A DNA stretch of 64,000 nt from Oscillospiraceae bacterium (GTDB lineage: Bacteria; Bacillota; Clostridia; Oscillospirales; Acutalibacteraceae). Location: positions 111,470-175,469 of the forward strand of contig DPOR01000005.1 of NCBI GenBank assembly GCA_003538135.1, read 5' to 3'. Position numbers and translations under genes: made by a program. Shown piece by piece: positions 58,160-64,000 of this stretch. The notes under the pieces are model-generated. The model was not told the DNA's origin. It searched no databases and was given only the letters and a program-made list of their open reading frames with translations. Position 1 is the stretch's first letter. Each line of letters starts with the position of its first letter.

Positions 58160-58969
58160 TCAGCCCGCGCTTTGGCAGGCAAATTCCTTGGGGATTCGCA
58201 CCGTGAACTCTATGCTGTCCTGCGTCTCCGTGCGCAGAGCCTCGGCCTTTATCCCCGCCTCGCGCATGGTGTCCACCGCATGGTTTATTGTATTGACGAA
58301 GATGCGTACATCTTTAAAAAGCTTTATAACCCGCGGCTTCTGCGCGGTCTCGTCCTCCAGAATCGCGTTGACGAGCCTCTCGGTCTGCGCGACGTTGAGA
58401 GATCGCTTTATCACCGTGTCTGCGGCGGCGTGCAGCTTGTCCTCATTTTCGATTCTCAGCAGGGCTCGGGCGTGGCGTTCCGTCAGCTCGGCCGCGATTA
58501 TCTTCTCGCGCACCTCCTCCGGCAGGCGCAGAAGGCGCAGCTTGTTTGACACGGTGGACGGAGCTTTTCCGAGCTTCTCGGATATCTGCGCCCTGTCGAG
58601 CCCGAATTTTTCGCCGAGTGACTCAATGGCAAGCGCCTCCTCGAAGAAGTTCAGATCGCGCCGCTGCAAATTCTCTATCACCGAGTAGACGGCCGCCTGT
58701 GCCGAGTCCGCATTGATAACAATGCACGGCACGCGGTCAAAGCCCGATTCCGCGGCGGCTCGGAGTCTCCGCTCCCCCGCTATCAGCTCATAGCTGCCGT
58801 CCGCGTCCTGTGCGCGCACGGAGAGCGGCTGCAAAATCCCGTTGCGGCGTATGCTCTCGCCGAGAGACGCGAGCTCGGCGGAGTCGAAGTGTTTTCGCGG
58901 CTGATTCGGATTTGTTTTTATTCTGTCTACGGGTATCAGCAGAACCGCTCCGGCTTTTTTAACGTCCAT
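58160..58969 (-). CDS. noc: ParB-like nucleoid occlusion protein
   Basis: Trimmed to MDVKKAGAV. ParB N-domain (GERRLRAA) and HTH. Position between rsmG and soj is canonical for noc. Confidence 0.75.
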   Translation of the reverse strand: MDVKKAGAVLLIPVDRIKTNPNQPRKHFDSAELASLGESIRRNGILQPLSVRAQDADGSYELIAGERRLRAAAESGFDRVPCIVINADSAQAAVYSVIENLQRRDLNFFEEALAIESLGEKFGLDRAQISEKLGKAPSTVSNKLRLLRLPEEVREKIIAAELTERHARALLRIENEDKLHAAADTVIKRSLNVAQTERLVNAILEDETAQKPRVIKLFKDVRIFVNTINHAVDTMREAGIKAEALRTETQDSIEFTVRIPKEFACQSAG

Positions 58970-59094
58970 GGCACTTGTCCTTTCCGAGAATAGAAGAACC
59001 GCCGTTCCTCTGTGATAAAAGCATATCACCGGGAATGGCGGTTGTCCACTGTTTTCGGTCGGGCAAAAACGAGCCGTTCGGAAGCGTTTCTTCT

Positions 59095-59805
59095 TTATAT
59101 GAGCGGCTTTTTTGAAATCTGTGCCGAAGGGCGCGGATATTTTGTCGCAGTATGCGATATCTTTTTTACGTTTATCAGAACTCTCTCTCCGCCGTCGGGC
59201 AGGATAAAAGACTCTGTCTTTTCTGTCTCGCCGCCGAGCACGGCAATTGCTTTTTCGGCGCAGCCGAGCTCCTCGCTGCCCTTTGCGCCCTTCATCGCGC
59301 AGAATGTTCCGCCGACCTTCACGAACGGCAGGCAGTATTCGCACAGCACGTTCATCGCCGCGACCGCGCGCGAGACCGCAAAATCGAAGCTCTCGCGCAG
59401 CTCGCCCCGACCCGCCTCCTCGGCGCGCGCATGGACTACATTGGCGGAAAGTCCGAGCTCTTCAACGCTCTGCGAGACGAACGCGAGCTTTTTGCCGGTC
59501 GAGTCGAGCATGGTGAGCTCTATCTCGGGACGGGCTATCAGCAGCGGAATTCCCGGAAAGCCGCCGCCCGTGCCAACGTCTATGACCCTGTCCCCCGCGT
59601 TGAGCTCGATCATGCGAAGCGCAGTGAGGCTGTCCGCAAAGTGCTTTACGGCTATCCCCTCGGGGTCGGTTATGGCGGTGAGATTGAGCACCTTGTTTTT
59701 TTCGACGAGCAGCGACGCAAAAAGCTCGAATCTTTCGAGCGCCTGCGCGTCTAAGTCAACGCCGATATCGGCGCAGATATTTTTAAGCCTGTCCTTATTT
59801 ATCAT
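59095..59805 (-). CDS. rsmG: 16S rRNA (guanine527-N7)-methyltransferase RsmG (GidB)
   Basis: VIDVGTGGGFPGIPLLI SAM motif; 236 aa. Confidence 0.9.
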   Translation of the reverse strand: MINKDRLKNICADIGVDLDAQALERFELFASLLVEKNKVLNLTAITDPEGIAVKHFADSLTALRMIELNAGDRVIDVGTGGGFPGIPLLIARPEIELTMLDSTGKKLAFVSQSVEELGLSANVVHARAEEAGRGELRESFDFAVSRAVAAMNVLCEYCLPFVKVGGTFCAMKGAKGSEELGCAEKAIAVLGGETEKTESFILPDGGERVLINVKKISHTATKYPRPSAQISKKPLI

Positions 59806-61675
59806 GTTTTCTGTTCTCCCTCTCCAGATGAATCAGCAGCACCGAAATGTCCGCAGGGCTGACTCCCGATATTCTCGACGCCTGGCCGACGTTCTCGGGG
59901 CGTATCTTTGAGAGCTTCTCGACTGCCTCAAGTCTCAGCCCGCCGAGCGCGGCATAGTCTATATCCCGCGGGATTTTTTTGACCTCCAAACGGCGCATCT
60001 CGTCAACCTGCGCCTGCTGGCGCTTTATGTAGCCCTCATATTTGATATCTATTTCAACCTGCTCGAACACCTCTTTGGGATAATTCGGGCGTGTCGGGTC
60101 AAACGGTGCGAGCAGCTTATAGTCGGCCTGCGGACGGCGCAGCAGCTCCGAGAGCCTTATTCCGCCGTCTATGGGCGATGTTTCACGTGAAACAAGCAGG
60201 TCGTTTAATTCCTTGCAGGCGTGGATAGTCGTGCTTTCCGCGCGGCGCTTCTCCTCGTCTATGAGCTCAAGCTTGCGGCAAAACGCATCGTAGCGCTCCT
60301 GCGAGATAAGTCCCAACTTGTAGCCCGTGGGAGTTAAGCGGCGGTCTGCGTTGTCCTGGCGGAGCAAAAGTCTGTATTCCGAGCGCGAGGTCATCATTCT
60401 GTACGGGTCGGAGCAGCCCTTTGTGACGAGGTCGTCTATGAGCGTTCCGATATACGATCCGGCGCGGTCGAGCTCGAGCGCGGGCTTGCCCTGAACTTTA
60501 AGCGCCGCGTTGATTCCCGCAACAAGACCCTGCGCGGCGGCCTCCTCATAGCCGCTGGAGCCGTTGAACTGACCCGCGCCGAAGAGCCCGTCGAAGTCGA
60601 TGAACTCAAGGCTGCGTTTGAGCGCAAGCGGGTCTATGCAGTCATACTCTATCGCATAGGCGGTGCGCATGACTTCGCAGTGCTCGAGTCCGGGAATCGT
60701 ATGCAGGAACTTCAGCTGCACATCCTCGGGCAGTGAGGACGAAAGTCCCTGAAGATACATCTCCAGAGTCTCTGCGCCGCAGGGCTCTATGAATATCTGA
60801 TGCCGCTCCTTCTCTGAAAAGCGGACTATTTTATCCTCTATGCTCGGGCAGTAGCGCGGCCCTACTCCGTCTATCTTGCCCGAAAAAAGCGGCGAGCGGT
60901 GGAGATTCGAGAGAATGACTTTCTTAGTCTCCTCCCCCGTATAAGTCACATAGCACTCGCTCTTGTTCTTCACCTCGTACTTGCCCGTGAACGAGAACGG
61001 CACTATATCCTCATCGCCGAACTGCGGCTCGAGCTTTTCGGTGTCAACGCTTCTGCGGTTGACTCGCGCGGGCGTGCCCGTCTTAAAGCGGCGCAGCGGG
61101 AGTCCGAGAGCCTTGAGCGATTTCGAAAGCTCCGTTGCCGGGAACATCCCGTCCGGACCGCTCTCATATGAGACGTCGCCGATATAGACTCTGCCGCCGA
61201 GGAATGTGCCCGTTGCGAGCACCACACACTTCGCGCGGTAGACGGCCTCGAGTCTGGTGGTAAGCACCCACTCGCCGGAGTCATAATAAATATCGACTAT
61301 TTCAGCCTGTCTGAGCGTCAGATTCTCCTGCTCCTCAAGCGTTCTTTTCATATATGCGCTGTATGCGCGTCTGTCAATCTGCGCGCGCGGGCTGTGAACC
61401 GCGGGGCCTTTGCCGAGATTGAGCATACGCATTTGAAGCGTATTCGCGTCTGCCGCAAGACCCATCTCGCCGCCGAGCGCGTCTATCTCGCGCACGAGGT
61501 GTCCTTTTGAAGTTCCGCCTATCGACGGGTTGCACGGCATATTGCCGACCCAATCGAGGTTGACGGTAAACACCTCCGTCCTGCAGCCGAGACGCGCCGA
61601 AGCAAGCCCCGCCTCGATTCCCGCGTGACCCGCGCCTATGACGGCAACATCTATTCTACCCGCATCGTATTTCAT
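59795..61675 (-). CDS. mnmG: tRNA uridine 5-carboxymethylaminomethyl modification enzyme MnmG (GidA)
   Basis: Trimmed to MKYDAGRIDVAVIGAGHAGIEA (FAD GxGxxG); 626 aa. Contains an internal parS copy at 60179-60194. Confidence 0.9.
   Translation of the reverse strand: MKYDAGRIDVAVIGAGHAGIEAGLASARLGCRTEVFTVNLDWVGNMPCNPSIGGTSKGHLVREIDALGGEMGLAADANTLQMRMLNLGKGPAVHSPRAQIDRRAYSAYMKRTLEEQENLTLRQAEIVDIYYDSGEWVLTTRLEAVYRAKCVVLATGTFLGGRVYIGDVSYESGPDGMFPATELSKSLKALGLPLRRFKTGTPARVNRRSVDTEKLEPQFGDEDIVPFSFTGKYEVKNKSECYVTYTGEETKKVILSNLHRSPLFSGKIDGVGPRYCPSIEDKIVRFSEKERHQIFIEPCGAETLEMYLQGLSSSLPEDVQLKFLHTIPGLEHCEVMRTAYAIEYDCIDPLALKRSLEFIDFDGLFGAGQFNGSSGYEEAAAQGLVAGINAALKVQGKPALELDRAGSYIGTLIDDLVTKGCSDPYRMMTSRSEYRLLLRQDNADRRLTPTGYKLGLISQERYDAFCRKLELIDEEKRRAESTTIHACKELNDLLVSRETSPIDGGIRLSELLRRPQADYKLLAPFDPTRPNYPKEVFEQVEIDIKYEGYIKRQQAQVDEMRRLEVKKIPRDIDYAALGGLRLEAVEKLSKIRPENVGQASRISGVSPADISVLLIHLERENRKHDK
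60179..60194. promoter_or_regulatory. parS site inside mnmG coding sequence
   Basis: TGTTTCACGTGAAACA; an identical perfect palindrome lies at 58040-58055. Confidence 0.75.
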
Positions 61676-61829
61676 TCGGTCAGTACCTCTATTCTCAACA
61701 GTATATCGCGCCGAACGCAAAGAGCGCGGCGCGGAAAATTTATAATCAGTCGGTGTCGTTGCGACGAGCAGACGCACCCTACAAAGGGACTTTGAAAAAT
61801 TAAACGGTCGGAGCAAAGCGGGCAACTGC

Positions 61830-61884
61830 GTGCAATAACCCCTCAGTCTCGGCTTCGCCGAGTCGGCTCCCCTGCAGGGGAGCC
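61830..61884 (-). repeat. Repeat module C, inverted copy
   Basis: Reverse complement of 3968-4023. Confidence 0.8.
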
Positions 61885-61957
61885 GACGAAACTTTTCTTT
61901 GTAATATCAAAAACCGCTTTCAAAGTTGGTCGAAATAAACATCCTGTGCCGCTATCG

Positions 61958-61990
61958 CGTCAGCGGTGCGTCGAGTCGCCGCACCCTACG
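61958..61990 (-). repeat. Palindromic unit B
   Basis: gcggtgcgtcgagtcgccgcaccctac. Confidence 0.75.
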
Positions 61991-62025
61991 GTCTGTGTTT
62001 AACATTGTAAATCATGCAAGCTCCA

Positions 62026-62546
62026 AAAAGGTAAAGCAAGCGACTTGATAAAAACCGATGAGCAAGTTTCCAATAGCCGTGCCGCAGTGTAACAGGCTAT
62101 CTGAGAACGCGGGCAACGTCGCCGAAGCGCCGCCGGTGGCGGATAAAGCGAGGCGATGTTGGCGAAAAACAAGGAGCATAGCGCCCGCTCCAAGGGCGAT
62201 AGGCGACTATGTTTTGAGAGGGCTGAACGGCTTGCGCAGCAAGCCGCACGAGCCCGCACTCGTCCAAGCTCCAGCGCGTTTGCGGGCGAATGTGCCGAGC
62301 TACCTACTGAGTAGCACAAGCTATGTACTGCGGCGCGGCGTTCGCGGGGTCTCGGGGCGAAGCCCTGAGTTTGCTTTTCTTTTGCAGGCGTTTTCTTTTT
62401 CAAATAAAAAGAAAATGCCGAAACGCTGTAGAAGATAAAATATTTAGCTAAGGTAGGTAGCGAAGGTGGTGGGTAAAAAATTTATAGTATAACATCGTGC
62501 CGCTGTCACAGCAAAGGGTCGTCGAGTCGCCGACCCCTACAAAGTC
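62026..62546 (-). repeat. Large inverted repeat, copy 2 (includes ~140-bp insertion relative to copy 1)
   Basis: Reverse complement aligns with 54585-54993. Ends with unit B variant caaagggtcgtcgagtcgccgacccctacaaa. Confidence 0.85.
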
Positions 62547-62612
62547 ACTGAAAATCTATTTATTACCGCCCGTGTCTTGTAATACACTCTCTGCTTGAGG
62601 TTTGACCTCTGT

Positions 62613-62660
62613 GCCGCCTGCGGCGGCAGCGGTGCGTCGAGTCGCCGCACCCTACAAAAA
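62613..62660 (-). repeat. Palindromic unit B
   Basis: cctgcggcggcagcggtgcgtcgagtcgccgcaccctacaaaaag, the reverse complement of 4063-4110. Confidence 0.8.
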
Positions 62661-62699
62661 GCCCGTTTATTTTACACAACTCGCAACACCTGTCGCAAA

Positions 62700-64000
62700 T
62701 CACTTTCCGACGCAGAACTGCGAAAACACTTCGCTGACTACCGCCTCGCTTGCGCGTTCGCCGGTCAGCTCGAGCAGGGCGTCAACGGCGCAGTCGGCGC
62801 AAACGTTGACCGCGTCGAGCGTGACTCCGTTTTCGAGCGCCGAGAGCGCGTCCTTTATGCTGTCTAAGGCGCGGACGCAGCAGCTTCGCTGGCGTTCGCT
62901 CGTCAGCGCGGCGGCAGAGGGATCGAAGTCCGAAGTGCCGAGCAGGTCGGACAGCGCCTTTTCAAGCTCGCCGCCGCCCTCCGCCGTCTTTGCGGAAATT
63001 TCGACATAGGCGCCGAAGCGGTTCTTTATATATTCAGTGTCGCAGACAAAGCCGAGGTCGCTCTTGTTGACGACCGCGAGACTGCGCCTGCCGGAGCAGA
63101 AATCCACTATCTCCCTGTCCTCGTCGGTGAGCTCCTGTGCGCCGTCAAAGACGGCAATGACCAGCTCGGCGCGGGAGAGACGCTTTTTCGCAAGCTCAAC
63201 GCCGATGCTCTCGACCTCGTTGTCCGTGTCGCGTATTCCGGCGGTGTCCGCAAGGCGCAGCAGATTCTCGCCGACCCTGACGGTCTGCTCCACCACGTCG
63301 CGCGTCGTGCCGGGAACGTCGGTAACTATCGACCGCTCGCAGCCGCTCAGGAGGTTCATAAGCGTGGATTTTCCGACATTCGGTCTGCCGACTATAACCG
63401 TATCCACGCCCTGCGTTATCGCCCTTCCGTTTTCAAAACCGCGTATGAGCGCTTCAAGCTCAAGCTTTGCCGATGTAAATGTTTTTTCGAGCTCGTCCGC
63501 TGAGAGCTCTTCTATATCCTCGTCGGGATAATCGACCCACGCGCTCAAATGGGCGCAGACGTTTATAATGCTGTGGGCAACCTCTTCTATTTTTCCGCTG
63601 AGTCTGCCCTCGAGGGTATTGAACGCCGCGCTCGCCGCCTGTTCGCCCTGCGCGGAGATGAGCGACATGACGCTCTCCGCCTTGGCAAGGTCTATGCGGC
63701 CGTTTAAAAATGCGCGTTTCGTGAACTCGCCGGGTCCCGCGGGCTGAGCGCCCGCACCGAGCACCGCACGCAGAACGCGGCGGACTATATACACTCCGCC
63801 GTGGCACGACAGCTCGACCGTATCCTCGCCCGTGTAGCTTTTGGGTGCGCGAAAAACCAAGGCTATCGCCTCGTCTATCGGCTTTCCGTCAAGGTTTACC
63901 GTGCCGAAGTGCGCGGTATATCCTGCCGCCTCGCTCAGCGGCTTTCCGGAAACCGCCGAAAAGACCTTATCCGCAACGGCTATTGCGTCGCCGCCCGAAA
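62700..64000 (-). CDS. mnmE: tRNA modification GTPase MnmE (TrmE), C-terminal ~430 aa; N-terminus beyond window
   Basis: G-domain GRPNVGKSTL, DTAGIR; C-terminal ...VFSQFCVGK (MnmE C-terminal CxGK motif). Confidence 0.9.
   Translation of the reverse strand, partial: SGGDAIAVADKVFSAVSGKPLSEAAGYTAHFGTVNLDGKPIDEAIALVFRAPKSYTGEDTVELSCHGGVYIVRRVLRAVLGAGAQPAGPGEFTKRAFLNGRIDLAKAESVMSLISAQGEQAASAAFNTLEGRLSGKIEEVAHSIINVCAHLSAWVDYPDEDIEELSADELEKTFTSAKLELEALIRGFENGRAITQGVDTVIVGRPNVGKSTLMNLLSGCERSIVTDVPGTTRDVVEQTVRVGENLLRLADTAGIRDTDNEVESIGVELAKKRLSRAELVIAVFDGAQELTDEDREIVDFCSGRRSLAVVNKSDLGFVCDTEYIKNRFGAYVEISAKTAEGGGELEKALSDLLGTSDFDPSAAALTSERQRSCCVRALDSIKDALSALENGVTLDAVNVCADCAVDALLELTGERASEAVVSEVFSQFCVGK

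Noticed and set aside
57949-58182. Long N-terminal extension of soj in the ORF track (start MPAKARAEHK..., with internal MFHVKHR)
   Set aside because: The MFHVKH codons are the palindromic parS site (ATGTTTCACGTGAAACAT). The canonical Walker-A N-terminus follows a TTG with a GGAG RBS at 57948. The extension would also overlap the noc 3' end.
1-64000. CRISPR arrays, transposases, integrases, restriction-modification or other recognisable defence genes
   Set aside because: None seen. The repeats present are irregular palindromic modules, not spacer-interspersed direct repeats, and no cas, recombinase or nuclease ORF accompanies them.

Overview
High-GC (~60%) chromosomal segment from a spore-forming Clostridia-type Firmicute (spoVT, mreBCD-PBP2-minD and nadD-yqeK-rsfS-leuS present). 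Gene content is mostly housekeeping. The right end carries the canonical origin-proximal cluster mnmE / mnmG-rsmG-noc-soj-spo0J on the minus strand, with two consensus parS sites, so oriC is probably just beyond the window. Other recognisable loci: ileS with an Ile T-box leader; a HydS-like putative sensory [FeFe]-hydrogenase operon with an RsbW-like kinase and two DRTGG proteins; a tandem glycine riboswitch in front of a Gly_transporter (UPF0126) gene; an AgrC-like HK / LytTR RR pair divergent from an ABC exporter; a fucose-utilisation cluster (fucU, FGGY kinase, fucI); tRNA-Arg, tRNA-Tyr and tRNA-Thr; the rpsU promoter and gene; folE-folP-folB-folK; luxS-mtnN. The items that the housekeeping content does not explain are: (1) a cofactor-site-degenerate RnfD-RnfE-RnfA-like membrane module with no RnfC/G/B partners, tightly followed by DUF4015, GH13, LCP and transglutaminase-like genes; (2) a dense mosaic family of intergenic palindromic repeats at six or more loci, including a ~410-520 bp inverted-repeat pair that brackets the par/gid cluster and coincides with a strand switch, and that expands the mnmE-mnmG spacer to ~1 kb; (3) a low-GC islet (4.5-6.6 kb) with DUF4230, lipoprotein and Mor-like genes behind a palindromic promoter. 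No CRISPR array, transposase or integrase was seen. Coordinates of non-ORF features are approximate (a few nt).
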